Of a stretch of 64,000 nucleotides of DNA, positions 1 through 12,622 are shown piece by piece. The translations under genes were made by a program, and so were the position numbers. The notes beneath the pieces were generated by a model. That model did no database searches, had not been told where the DNA came from, and saw nothing but the letters and a program-made list of their open reading frames with translations. Source of the DNA: Fistulifera solaris (taxonomy: Eukaryota). Position 1 is the stretch's first letter; each line of letters starts with the position of its first letter. The DNA lies in contig AP026138.1 in NCBI GenBank assembly GCA_030295235.1, forward strand, positions 248,001 to 312,000, given 5' to 3'.

Positions 1-8
1 CTTACGAT

Positions 9-3000
9 ATGATGGATTATGGAGAGGTATCTCCTGAACCTATCGAAAGTGAAGTAATTTATGACGCTCCATTCGTTGACGCCGGTTTGGATCCGCTGTT
101 TGAAGTGAGCGAAAATACGCTAAGTTACGACGAGGAAGGAACGACCGATCCCCAAACAATCCGGCCTAGTAGTCAACCTGGGAATTCGGCCGAACGAAAA
201 TTTGCATCCAGTTTTTCTGGGGGAGGTTCCGAGCCATTTTCAATTTTACCGGGGCGAAAAGGAGATAACTTGCAGTCATCTCGGCAAGAGCCGCGTCGCC
301 GGATAACTATATCGGGGCCTGGAAATAATGAAAGTGATCTTCCTTTACGATCGTCCCGACGTCGGAACCTTTACCGACCTTCTTTGACAGAATCTTTGGC
401 GGACTCTTCCGTATCTTCCGATGGGAACGACAGTTCACGTCCAAAGTCACGCAATGCGACAGTCTTTGCGGTGAGTCGCATTTCGACACGCCGAAATACC
501 TTGAAACGAGAAACGAGCAAAGACTCCTTAACAGCTGCTGTCGATCGTCTTGCGGAAAACAACAATGATTGGGAAAATGTGGCAGCGGCTGCCGCCGTCG
601 TGGCCGCATCTACCCATACACTGGCCAAGCGGAGTCTTGTTCAGTTTGGTCGAGGCGACCACGTTCTGGTCATGCTGACTCTTCTTAATATTACCAATCA
701 GCTCGATGATAAAGACATGTTTACGACAGATCCTGTCAACTGCTTCGGTTACGCCGCAGGCGAAGGCACCAATGAAGCTCAGAGACATGGGCCTTATAAG
801 TATCTACTCTGTCAAGTACAAACGGTTCATTTCGACGAAGACGAGCGATATTATACAGTGACTCGAATGGATACTGGATCTCAACAACGAGCCGATCCGG
901 GCTGGATGGAACCCATCAAGGACCCGCGGGCGATCGAAAGTGCCTTACGTGCCGCACGCCGGACTCCACGAACCCAAGACGCGCCGAAAGCAGAGACACC
1001 GGGGCTTTGTTTTTGGTTGGCCGTTTCACCGTTGCGCTTCTTGACCACAAAAGCGCTTCCTTTTTATAAGCACACGAAGCGATCCACGAAGCGGCTCGTG
1101 GAAAGTATTGTTCACGGCAAAGATGGATACGAACTTCGTTTCCGCTGTACGGCAATCAACTTTTTGGTTCTTTGCAGTTTGATTTATCTTTTCATCGACG
1201 TTGTTGCGCTGGCTTTCCTTTCTACTGAGACTGACTTTGCTGTCTCAGTTGTTGCATCGTAAGTTTTAGTGCGATGAATCTTTATTCCAGAAAAGAGTTA
1301 ACTGACTATTTTCAGGTTCGTTTGGGTCGTTCTACTTCTCGAACTCTTGTTTGAGTGCATGATCCGTCCTTCAAATTACTTTTCTCTTATAGAAACAGAC
1401 AAGGCCTATGCACCACTAACAGCGCGAAACATAAATAGGTTTCATCTTGGTTTTGAGCTCATTGCGTTGCTGATGTTCGTCCCATCAATGTTGTGCATCA
1501 TGACCGATTATTGTGAAGAGAATATATGGCTCAACGGTGTCGAGGCTGCTTTGAGCGCAGTCAAAAGTGAGAATGCTTGGCGAGCCGCAATAGGGAGATT
1601 TAATTTGAATCTGACATTTCTGCGATGCTTTGGGCTAGTAAGACATTGGAAACAAATGTGGATCGCACATACCCTCGAAGGCAAAGACAGCAGTCAAAAC
1701 AGTAAGTTGTCGATAGGCGAGATGGGCTACGTTCAATTCTTGACATCTAATGGCATTGTTGAAAGATTTTACTCGTAAATTGTTTCTCATGGACCATGAT
1801 CACGGTAAACGAGTTAAGAAACGCTTCAGCAAAGCGAAAGCGAACGAAGAGGTGAGTACAACCTTTTAATCTCTTGTGACTGTGCGACGCATAAGCAAAC
1901 TAAGTTTACGACATGTTGAAAAATAGGACGATGAGACAGAAATCACGGTTGATAAAGACGTCGAATTGAAATCACAATCGAAAGAAAATGATCAGCAGCT
2001 GAAGAACGCTGCAACCATCGGAACCGCCCTGACTGTCCTCAATTCACATAGGGCTTTATTCATATTGTAAGTGGCACAGAACGAGCACGCTGGTGAATTT
2101 CATGCGCAAGTATTAACCAGTTCGTACCAAAGACTTGCTGTTGTCGCCATTCTCCCATCCATCACCACGCTCTGGAAGCAAAATCCACTGGGGACCAAGT
2201 CTCTTGATCTCCTTATGGCTTATAACATCGCAGCGAATTCGACGGATGACTGTGAGTTTCTCCAACAGGCAGTTAGCTCATGGTTATCTTCAGTTGCAAT
2301 TGTCAGCGACAGCTATGTGAAAACTGGAAATTATAAGTTAGTCGAAGATGTTTACGTTCTTTGGGCAGAAATGCGCCCGGTTCGGTGTGATTGGCAAAGG
2401 AACGACGGCGTTATCACAAACTGTGATTCATTTGATGTACAAGTCCCTGGAATTGCTTTAGCTTGTGATTTGTGGAACTTAACTATGCGCGATTCACCAG
2501 ACGGTGTCACTAACAACTACTTGGCAAGTCAAATTGGTATCCGAACCGGGGAGGCATTAGACCTGGAGAAGCGTACATGGGGCATGTCCGATTTTGATGG
2601 GTCGATCGAGGAAAATGTTTATTACGTCAGAAGCGTATTCAACGAGTCTCATGCTGTTGCACTTGCGTAAGTTTTTGTCTGTGCGTAGCCGTAGTGCTCT
2701 CTGTTGAGCTTTGCGTTTCTCAAATTGCGAAAACAGGCACTTGTCGCTTTTCCTCCAATTATTCGGGCTGTTGATGCTATCACTGGTTGGATTAACTGTG
2801 TTGCGTGAAGATGCAGGACGACTAGTGCTCGGTCCATTACAGCGCATGTTGAAGATTGTTGTCAGATGTAAGTGCAAGTTGTCTGTTGGCATCTGCTCAA
2901 ACTGTGATAATCTAAATTGCGTATTTGTTTCGTCGCAAATGAAGATGCCGAAAACCCATTGTCGCAAAGTGCGCAAAGGTCCGGGCAACGTCTCGATGAG

Positions 3001-4391
3001 AAAGAAAACGAGTCTAAAGAAGAACTTGGTAACTACGAGACAGAGCAACTTATCAATGCGATCGCCAAGATCGCGGATTTGCTGAGAAAATGTTGGGGCG
3101 TTGCAGGAGCCGGTATCATTTCCTCGAACCTTGCCCGGACCAGGATGGGAAAACCGTCGTCTTCAACCCGACGGTTCCAGGGAAAAGCGTGTACGCTCTG
3201 TTTGGGTTTGTCGCAATTAATGACTTCAGCAAGCAATTACGTGTTCTCGGTGATGATGTCATGAAATTGATCAACGACGTGGCTCGTGTCGTTCATGATG
3301 AAGTCTTTCGATGGGCACTTAACGATAGCGGGCAATGCAACAAGAACTTGGGAGCAGCCTTCTTGATGGTCTTCCGCATTGGCGACTTTTCCGAGGTCCA
3401 CGAAAAGCAGAGAAGAGCTGCTGCGGTGGTTTTCAAAGGGCAACAGAAGAAATCAGTTAGATCGCGGAAACAGAGGTCGAAATATCGCAGAAGTAGCACA
3501 AAACAAATAGAGGGAGGACCAGCTTTGCAGCTTGCGAGTCTACCTGGGATTCAGTCGTTTGCCGATCGAGCCCTCTTGGGCCTTTTAAAATCGTTTGCCG
3601 GTATCCACAGAGATAAGCATCTTAGAGAATGGGAAGGAGATTGGCGGTTGGGTGCAGGGGTTGGGGCTTTTAAAGTGAGTGTGATTTATGGCATGGATGC
3701 GGGTTGGGCCGTGGAAGGAGCAGTAGGTAGTGAATACAAAATTGACGCAACCTACCTGTCACCTCATGTGAACATGGCTAGTCGCATGATGAGTGCTTGT
3801 AAGCAGTACGGGGTAACGATGCTGATGAGCCAAGCCGTTGAGGAGCTTTTATCAAGGACAGCGAGAAGTAAGCTTCGCCACTTGGATACTGTCTACGTGA
3901 AGGGTAGTAGCGTCGCGCAACGAATATACACATACGACTGCAGGTTTGATGGTGTGGACTATTTCTTGTACGAAAGAACCCCTGAACAAGCCGATGCTGA
4001 AGCTGCTGCATATACTCAATCCATTTGGGACACGGACCAAGATCTCCAAGGGATGAGACAGCACGTAGGCGATGACTTTATGGAAAAATTCAGTGACGGT
4101 GTGCAGCATTATCTTGACGGAAGATGGACTGAAGCCGTGGAGCTGCTTCAAGATGCTGACGATCTAATGCTCAGAAAAGTACTGGACGAGGGATATGTAG
4201 ATCACAAGGCCGACGACTTTGGAGGAAAACTATTTGATCGCAATGGTCAAAGTGAGTTTGACGACGAAATTAACAGAATCAGGAACGACTTTGGTGATGG
4301 TCCCTGCAAGTGCTTGGTACAATACATGCTAAGGAGAAAATGCAAGCCTCCTAGTGACTGGAACGGAGTCCGCGCATTGATGAGCAAATAA
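9..4391 (+). CDS. Membrane-bound class III adenylyl-cyclase-like protein of the ion-channel/AC fusion (Paramecium AC / Plasmodium ACalpha) type; catalytic Asp residues missing
   Basis: Multi-exon gene with predicted GT-AG introns at about 1259-1315, 1702-1765, 1852-1926, 2067-2132, 2667-2736 and 2868-2944, and a 1-nt frameshift near 3141. Several TM helices, including S4-like FLRCFGLVRHWK. Cyclase motifs ETEQL..IAKIADLL, PGKSVYALFGF, NKNLG, GWAVEGAVGSEYKIDATYLSPHVNMASR, KQYGV. TPR-like tail ends PPSDWNGVRALMSK. Confidence 0.85.
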
Positions 4392-4559
4392 TAAAAGTAT
4401 TTGTTTGAAACCGTTACGTTGCGCTGGTTCGTAGTTCTTACTAGAGTGAACGAATGTTTATGGTTATTGTTAACCACGCTATAAAAAGTATATACTCTTT
4501 TGTGTGATTTCATTTATATTTTATCGTTGTTATGAGAAGCAATTACTCCGTACTTCCTT

Positions 4560-6517
4560 TCACCGCTTCTTAATCGTCTCCAATTCGCGACGCAGGATCC
4601 CCGCAAGATAGGCCGTTTTATTGCGCATGGTGGTTTTGTCAATCGACACGAATCGCTGCAACGCGGCTACCGCCATGTTTTCGGGCAAGTCGTGAATCAT
4701 ACCCAGAATACCATCATCCAAAGGACCTTCGACCGCCCCACTCGTTTGAATGCTCTGGCAAAAGAGCAAAAATGTGAGATAAATCGTTTACAAGAACAAC
4801 AAGATATACCAGTACAAACCTGAACCAAATACCGGACAGAAGGAGTGAGCTGACCCAACGTCGCCGTCGTCCGCCGACCACTCCGACCCGAATGGTCCGT
4901 CGGCGGATATTGCTGCAGCATGCCTGGATTGTAGGGTGGAGGATTCATGCCGCCATAGTTGGACATTGTTTTCTGAGAGAACGATGGCTGTTGCATGCCA
5001 TTCTGATTCGCCAGAGCCTGAACGGCCGAGGCCGCCTTGTCCGCGAGTCCAAAAATGTCCAAGCCTGGAACCGAGGAAGACTGCTGTTGCTGCCAATTTC
5101 CATAATTCTGCTGCGACGTTGTAGCACCATACGGTGTCGGCTGTGAACTTATCATGTGCGGTGGTGGGTTCATCATTTGTTGTTGCGGCTGTGAGTGCAT
5201 CATTTGCTGAGCTGGTGGATTCATCATTTGTTGTTGCGGCTGTGGATGCATCATCATCGGTTGTTGCGGCTGTGCATGCATCATCGGCTGCTGCATTGGT
5301 GGATTCATTATGTGCGGCGGCGGCGGTGGAGGTCCTCCATACGGGTACACATTGGGACCTTGATTGTAACCGTAGGTGTCATTCCGACCGGCTGCTTGGT
5401 TCATCCCGTAGGCGTCATTCATCTTCCCAGCGTACGGAGGCATCATGTTGTTGTTGCTATTGTTCATTCCGGGCGGGTTGTACGTCATAGAATTGGAATA
5501 CATGGATTGCGGCGGTTGCGGCATCGGACGCGGTCGATGACGATCATCGTACGAAGGAGCATACTGCGTGTTGTTCTCATACCGTGGTTCCACACGATCA
5601 CGGGATCGTTCACGAGTATACGAAGACTTGTTGTTCTCACGATACGAAGGTTCTCGGCCACGCGGTGGTTTCGACGACGACGAAACATCTCCCCGCATGT
5701 AGCGATTGAGAATTCCCATGAAATAACTGCCAAAATTGCGAATGGACGTTCGTTCAACACTCGACAATTCCTCCAAAGCCAAGAGAGCATCCTTTTCGGA
5801 CAGCATACGAATTTTGGAACGTACTTTTTCGTCCATTTCGTCGCGGGTACAGAATCCTGTCGAAACCAACAATTCCAAACGATGATGCACGGCGGGTGTA
5901 ATGGCATGTCCCATGGGCAAAATTTCCAAATGCCCCGATTGTTGCGCCTTGGCCAATACACTTTGGTACCGTTTGACGACGCCGTACAAATAAGCCCCAT
6001 GATTGCGAATTCCGGATCCTTTGACATCGACGGCATCATCGTATTCCGTCAAAGCATCATTGATGGATTGTGTGGGGAGTGTTTGGAGCATTTCGAGGAG
6101 TTTGCCCTGCCGCAGGAGTGCTCCAGTAACGGATTTGGGTATTTTGACTCCCGGTGGAAGACCAAAGGATGCTGGATCGAGGAATGTGTGATTAGTTGAT
6201 GTATTCAAAGTAGTAGGTAAAGGAGGAGTTGTTAAAGCTGGAGGTTTCGATTGTCGTGCGGTGGGGGATTTGTGAGGAATGGGAATGTCGGCGAGCGATG
6301 GAGACGATAAGGGAGCAATACTAGCCGGAGGTTGATTAATTTTTACGGATGTGGAAGACACGGGCTCTTGATTATTTGTGGCAACAACATCATCATCTCC
6401 CGCTTCAAACAAATCTTCTTCTTCTTCCTCATCGTCTGGCTCTTTTTGCATGCTCGATGCGTTGACGGTCTCGTCCTTCTCGAGGGAGGACTGCTTCGCT
6501 GTTGTCTCGTCTGTCAT
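4560..6517 (-). CDS. Protein with three hnRNP-Q acidic-domain (AcD/NURR)-like repeats and a Q/P/M-rich low-complexity region
   Basis: Three copies of an AL..(F/Y/L)...(I/M)RN..(A/S)Y(L/F).G(V/I)..R motif ([42 protein letters not shown]). Intron 4755-4819 joins ORF 4697-6568 to ORF 4560-4769. ATG at 6517. Confidence 0.7.
5160..5310 (-). repeat. Coding imperfect tandem repeat encoding (P/Q)QQ(P/Q)MM(H/N)xx units
   Basis: Repeated catcatttgttgttgcggctgtg-like units, translating to MMNPP/MMHxQPQQ repeats. Confidence 0.8.
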
Positions 6518-6925
6518 TGCTAGCGTCGAAACGAATGAACAATTAAGATAGAAGAAATGACACTCCAAGGAATGAACTATAATAAATAATGAAGATCTCT
6601 TCAGGATGGACTGTTGCGTTTGTTGCTGTTTTCATTTCGTTGCTGCGGTCCTTTGCTATCGTCCGCAAAAGATCGTTCCACAATGGTCCTACACTAAATC
6701 GTAGAGTCACAGAATTATCGTACCGGTAACTGCTAAAGTACGTCTGTCCGTCCATCGTGAAGGCGCGAAACAGGATCGCGTGTGTGTTGAAAATAAAACG
6801 CCCCGACGACGACATCCGCAACAACAAAAACAAACAACCAAGCCGATTGCCGATAAATCTATCAGCTATTTCAAGTACCATTTCCCTTCTTCTTACTTTC
6901 ACTCCTTCTTATTTTCATTAAAGAA

Positions 6926-9900
6926 ATGGTTCAAGCCGAAATTCCTTTATGGATGTCCCACAATACGGTGTCAACGCAAGACGATCCTCCCCACCGGGCA
7001 CTCTCGTTGTGGCAAAACCAACAAAAATGTGCCATCTACAGCATTGACATGTTTGACAATCTCATAGCAACGGCCGGAGGCGATGGGACCGTCAAGTTAT
7101 GGAACAGTTCCGCTTTATTTGTTGCTGCGGAAGGAAAATCCCAATATACCGAAGCAGGAGAATACGCGAGTTCCGGATCGAGTGCCGAAGAAGACGAAGG
7201 CGAAACAAGTAGTAGTCCTCCTCTTTCGAATCATCACAGAAACGAGGAACCTGTACACGATTTAAATCAAGTTGTTCGTCGAAAAAGGACGGTTCACCTC
7301 GCAAACAACTATCATCGCCGCCCCGCATCGCTCGAGAAACCACTACATCGGCATCGGCATCTCACCGACTCGTCTGTACGCTCTCGGCACACACGGGTTC
7401 TTCCGTGTTATCGGTCCGCTTTGCACCATCCGGTCGGTATTTGGCTTCGGCCGGAGACGATGGCGCCGTGTGTATCTATGCTCCTTCTTCTGCCAAGCAA
7501 TGGTCCCGAATCCGTCTGTGTCGGGGACACAATCTCGATGTCGTCGATTTGGCGTGGGCCCCGGATGATTCGCACCTCGTATCGTGTTCGCTCGATTCAG
7601 AAACGCCCATTATTGTCTGGAAATTGACCGATTTATCGTCGACCACAAAATCCATGATTGGCAGTCCGTACAAAATACTGGGCAAGGACGTGCACACGAG
7701 TACCGTCAAGGGCGTCGATTTTGATCCGGCTGGATCGTATTTCGCGTCGTCCGGAGATGATCCGGCCGTCTGTATTTGGAGAGCGCACGATGATTGGGGT
7801 CTCGAACAACGTATCGATGCATCGTCCGGAATTTTCAAACAGTGGGATGGACAGTCATCATCCCATCAATCGCTGTTTCGGCGTTTGAGTTGGTCCACCG
7901 ATGGATCCTTTTTGTGTGCCACCAATGCCGTCGTTCGTCACAAAAATGTCGCGTCGACCATTGGACGGGAAGGATGGAATGTTGGAGCCGATTCGGCGAA
8001 TTTGGTGGGGCACAAACAACCCGTCGTCGTGAGTCGGCATGCGGCGTACTTGTTGGATGGGCGACGCCACAAAGACGAGGACGAAGAAGACAATGAGCCC
8101 GAAGCTGCGACACTGCTGGCATTGGGAGACCGACGAGGATTTGTGACCGTGTGGAGTACGAAAAAGTCACGTCCCATTTTCAAATTGCAATGCAGCGAAA
8201 GTCGTTGCACGGTGACCGATTTGGCGTGGGGCAAATTCGGTTCCGGCAAAGACATCCAAGCGATGGTCCTTTTAGTGTCGCTCTTGGATGGTCAAGTTGT
8301 GGCGATCAAATTTAGCGTACCGGACGAGCTGGGGCCATTTTTGAGTTCCGAGGATCAGGCTCGTGTGTTTCAACTCCGGTACGGCATTGAAATGGACTCC
8401 AGTAGTTTGGGTCAACGGCGAAAGATGCTGGTTGGAAAGGGCAACGGTGCCAGCGATCTGATCGAGAATGCTTTTCAAATGTCTTTGGAAGCATCAGTGG
8501 GTAAAACAGTTTCCGAATCAGAAAAGGACGATTCACCACAAGTTGCTCAAACTTCGGTGCTTTCTTCGAGCTTGGTTCGGAAAAAGAGCGACAACAATGC
8601 GGGACAAGACCGAAGAAAGCGAGCGCGATTAGTCCAGGTTGTGAACGACAACCCTACGCAAAACACAGAACGGCTAGAAAGCAGCACGCCACCGAAAGTA
8701 AACGAGCTCGATCCAATGCAAGCGGCATTGAATGCTGCCGAAAGGGCTACTGATATCCTGGAAGGCGCTACCTTATCAGGACAACCAGGGCAACCAAGTC
8801 GAACAATTCAGAATGAAAGAGGCCACACCGACAAGTCGTCACAGCACAATCAGTCCAATCACATTGTCAATAACATGACCTCCTCGGTCACCTCACCGGT
8901 TCTTCCTCATAATTCAAACCGTGTACACATTACAGCGCTCCCGATAACCACAGGAAGAAATGGCAACGGAGAACAATCCACAAAAGTAATCGTAGAGTGC
9001 ACAAATTCGTCAAAAATCCCCTCAGGATCCAAGGGCAATCCGGTTCCCTGCATCGACGTTGTGATAAAGAAAGACAGTACTGTAACATGGTCGGATCAGA
9101 TCGTCGGCACATCCTGTACGGCACTATCGGCATCGAATCGCCTTCTGGCCATCGGAACTGCCGACGGTTCCATCCAATTGTACGGGAACTCGCCCTCCAT
9201 TGGGTGGCTTGCGGCCAATGCTTTCCGCTCGCACCCTCCATTAATATTCAGTGGCGCTGTTGTGAGTTTGCGGCTAGAAGAGACCGATGCCTTGTTGCAG
9301 ATGCTGGTTGTCACCAGTGACGGTAGTTTCGGTCTTTACAGTGTGTTTCCACGACTATCCCTGATGAAAAAGGTTCCATTTTACCGCCCATGACTCACAT
9401 GGCGTTGTCGGCATCCAACAAGAACTTTGTTTATCCACAGCTATCTCGGATACAAATCACACGGAACAATCAGCTGCTGCTGCTTTTGTCATTTCCGAAC
9501 GGGGAAAGCCGGGGAGTCGGTGGCTCGATTCAATCCTTTGTGTACAACGACCTGTCCGAACTGTGGATGCGCCTGGCGGACAGTCGTTTTGTTCTTTCCG
9601 ATTTTTACAGCAGTTTGCCGTCCCGCTCTCCCGCCGGGCCTTTGACCGAAATGGACGATTCCGTGAAACTCGGTGCTCTGGAATCGACTCTCAAAGCCTC
9701 ACACCGCAACGCCAGTGCCATTTATTTACAAGGATCGGAAGGCAATTTTCTGGCCACGCGAGCGCATTGCGAAGATCGTTTGGCCTGTGCGGTCGCGTTC
9801 GAGTCGGGGCCCGAGTATCGTCTGTGGTTGGGTAAGCTGGTGAGAATCCTCTCCATGACCGGGGACGAAACGGGCTTGCGCCTTTGACGGAAATGATCCT

Positions 9901-10087
9901 TGGACGTGGGCCTACGAACGGTGCGGACGAGGATAACTCCTCTTGTTGGTGGTTATCCCTGTCGCCCGAAATACTGAAACAGGATCGCAAGGAACTCATT
10001 CGGTCGGTTGTACTGCCAGAAATGAGCAAGAACCGCTCGCTGCAGCGGCTCACGAACGAACTTTCTCTTGAAATAGAGCATTCATAG
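6926..10087 (+). CDS. HIRA: Histone H3.3 chaperone HIRA (WD40 + HIRA C-terminal domain)
   Basis: AIYSID, ATAGGDGTVKLWN, GHNLDVVDLAWAPD, VKGVDFDPAGSYFASSGDD, FRRLSWSTDG, LVGH, and C-terminal TRAHCEDRLACA...EYRLWL. Spread over four ORFs by frameshifts near 7285, 9385 and 9885. Confidence 0.92.
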
Positions 10088-10317
10088 AGGAATCCTAACG
10101 TGTTTCTAGCCGTACAACCTGATGTTTCCTTAAGCATTGACCATTTGCCTTTTCTTAACGTCCCCTTAGAGCAGTGTCATTGATGATTTTTCTTGGCTTT
10201 AGTCGAGTTTGATTAAACATCTTATCGGTACTAACTCGAATTGTGTTGATGTTGCGACGATGGCGGCATGCTCTTGCTTTCTTGATCGTACCTTTCTCTT
10301 GCAAAACCTCTATCACG

Positions 10318-11109
10318 ATGATACTCTTGCGCAGTCTCGTCGTATGGCTGCTGCTTTCGGTGCCCGTGGGCGCGTTTTTCGTTAGCCCGCAAAATACGAT
10401 CCCGCCCCGTCGTCCTCTTCATGCCAAACCCATCGGTGACATGCGCGTTTCCGAATTAAGGGACGAATTGCGAGAACGAGCGGTGGATTTTTCCGATTGT
10501 TTTGATAAAGAGAGTCTCTGTCAGCGATTAAAAGATGCGAGAAAAAATAATGGCAGCACAAAAATGCAGCAGGAAACGCCAAACACGACGACTCCCATCG
10601 ACAAAGATTTGTTATTGCAAGAAATTCGTAGCATGTCGGTACGAGCTTTGCGGGAAGATCTTGCACGTCGATCGATTCGGTGGGCGGGGCTGCTAGAGAA
10701 GGAAGATTTAGTGCAAGCGGTATATCAAGCACGCATTAAGGCGATGCAATTTTCCGTCACGGGTCAACTGATTCCAGGAACGGTGACTCAAGTGAGCGGC
10801 GCAACGTTACTACAAGAACTGCAAAAGGCCGATCCACCGATACTGCTCGATGTGTTCGCCTCGTGGTGTGGTCCTTGTCAGTTGGTTGCACCCCAATTGC
10901 AAGCCGTGGCCGCAAAAATGGGAACGAAACTGCGGGTGTGTAAAATGGACAGTGACCAGGAACCATCCACCGCGGCGCAATTCCGAATACAGGGTTTACC
11001 CACGTTAATTTTGTTTCAAGGAGGCAAAGAAGTCAATCGAGTAGAAGGTGCCATGATGGAACCGCAAATCATTGCTTGGATTGAGAAAGAATTAGGGATT
11101 GCCGTCTAA
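10318..11109 (+). CDS. Plastid-targeted thioredoxin with two N-terminal SAP/HeH-like helical repeats
   Basis: Signal peptide ending VGA|FFV; repeats MRVSELRDELRER..DKESL and MSVRALREDLARR..EKEDL; active site WCGPC; IQGLPTL cis-Pro motif. Confidence 0.85.
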   Translation: MILLRSLVVWLLLSVPVGAFFVSPQNTIPPRRPLHAKPIGDMRVSELRDELRERAVDFSDCFDKESLCQRLKDARKNNGSTKMQQETPNTTTPIDKDLLLQEIRSMSVRALREDLARRSIRWAGLLEKEDLVQAVYQARIKAMQFSVTGQLIPGTVTQVSGATLLQELQKADPPILLDVFASWCGPCQLVAPQLQAVAAKMGTKLRVCKMDSDQEPSTAAQFRIQGLPTLILFQGGKEVNRVEGAMMEPQIIAWIEKELGIAV

Positions 11110-11186
11110 ACAGGCTCAAGTAGTGTGTAGTAGTTTTCGTTAGTAGCTTTATAATTGCTTTCGACAAGAACTCGGAGTAATAAAAA

Positions 11187-12622
11187 CTAGAATATATTAC
11201 CCCAAATAGCAAGAGAGACAGATGATATTGACAAAAGAGGAGAATCCACAAAGAAATAAGTTCCGCGCGGTGACCTTGAATGAAGCCACAGTACACATCA
11301 ATGGAACCAGGAGCCGCCGTGGTTTGTTTTTCATGAATGGCCAATAGCAGTGGGAAAATAAAAACAATCAAACTCGTGAAAATAATGCCACCCCAACTCA
11401 ATAGCTTGGTGATGGCCGTTCCATCATTCAAAAACCAAGCCGCCGCGAACGGTAAATACACCGACAATAGATTCGCCGTTCGGCGCGAACAGGTGTGACT
11501 TCCCATCAAATTCAGCCGCGTCAACACGCTAAACAGCGGAGTCCCCAAGCCAATAATGGCAAATGCAAAAATAGACGCACCCAGTTCCATTGCCACTCCC
11601 ATGGTACCGGTCATCATCGACTGTAACATGTTCTCCGACACATTTGGCATGGTCAAACTTCCGAGGAGACCGAGCGCTATATACATGGCGGTGGATAACA
11701 AGCTACTGCCATAGATCACCGTAGGAACGTCGACGTGTGGTTCTCGTTCGTACAGCCAGGCCGGTATAGCAATGGTTAACGCAAAATTGAAGAGAACAAC
11801 ACCAAACAAGTCATCCCAATCGTATCCCCACAGACTGGTATTATCGAGTGACAGCTCGGGCCACAGAGAAAACTGGATCACAAACTGGATACTGGTAATG
11901 ACCAAAACCAAAAACCCAATAATTTGCCACAAAGCATTCTCTTTCAAATCGACCAAAGCCATGGGAAGAAAGACCATTGTCACGACGAGATTTCCCGCCG
12001 TAAACAAAATCCCATCTTGATCATCAAACGGTATGCAGTCTCCACTGGCCAGTTCCATATCGGAGCACATATCATAATTCCATCGCAACCACTCGGGACC
12101 GTGAGACGTAATTAACAAAGCCGCCGCACCACCATACATCCAGTGCGCCATGAAGGTATCGACGACTTGCGATGTATCGACAATGCTGCTGATATTCAAA
12201 CAGGTGATGCAGAAGAAAAACAAAACCTGCGTAATGACGAACCACTTTCGTCCCCAAAAAATTTGAAACGCGTCGGAATATTCGACTTCCTTTTGGTAAT
12301 CGGCATTCCCTTCGACTTTACTAATGGTATTGGCCAGGTGCGTCGAACAGAGCGATGACAAGAGTCCCACAAAAACGAGTGCCGCGCACGTGGGTATGAT
12401 GCCCGAACGAGTAAAAGTTGCTGGTAATGAAAGCATGGCGGGTCCCGTGAGTGAGTTGACCGCAATGGCGAGTGAACCCAACATACCGATGGATCCTGAT
12501 GTGAGTGAGAAAATGTGGTGAGAAGAGATGACAGGGATAAAAGTTTTTCAACGAACTTCTGAATTAACTGTACCTGTATGTTCTTCAATCAATGAATTCA
12601 GTCGAAAGGACGCTTTGGCCAT
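11187..12622 (-). CDS. Amino-acid transporter (Aa_trans/AAAP family)
   Basis: About 11 TM segments with GSIGMLGSLAIAVNSLTGPAMLSLP and FGVVLFNFA. Exon 1 ATG at 12622, intron 12496-12573. A frameshift near 11232 restores a C-terminus ending ..AIWGNIF* at 11187. Confidence 0.85.

Noticed and set aside
9880..9890. TGA within HIRA as possible selenocysteine or readthrough
   Set aside because: Homology continues in a different frame, so this is an indel and not an in-frame stop.
11069..11186. Apparent overlap of the thioredoxin and transporter coding regions
   Set aside because: Artefact of a frameshift near 11232; the corrected transporter stops at 11187.
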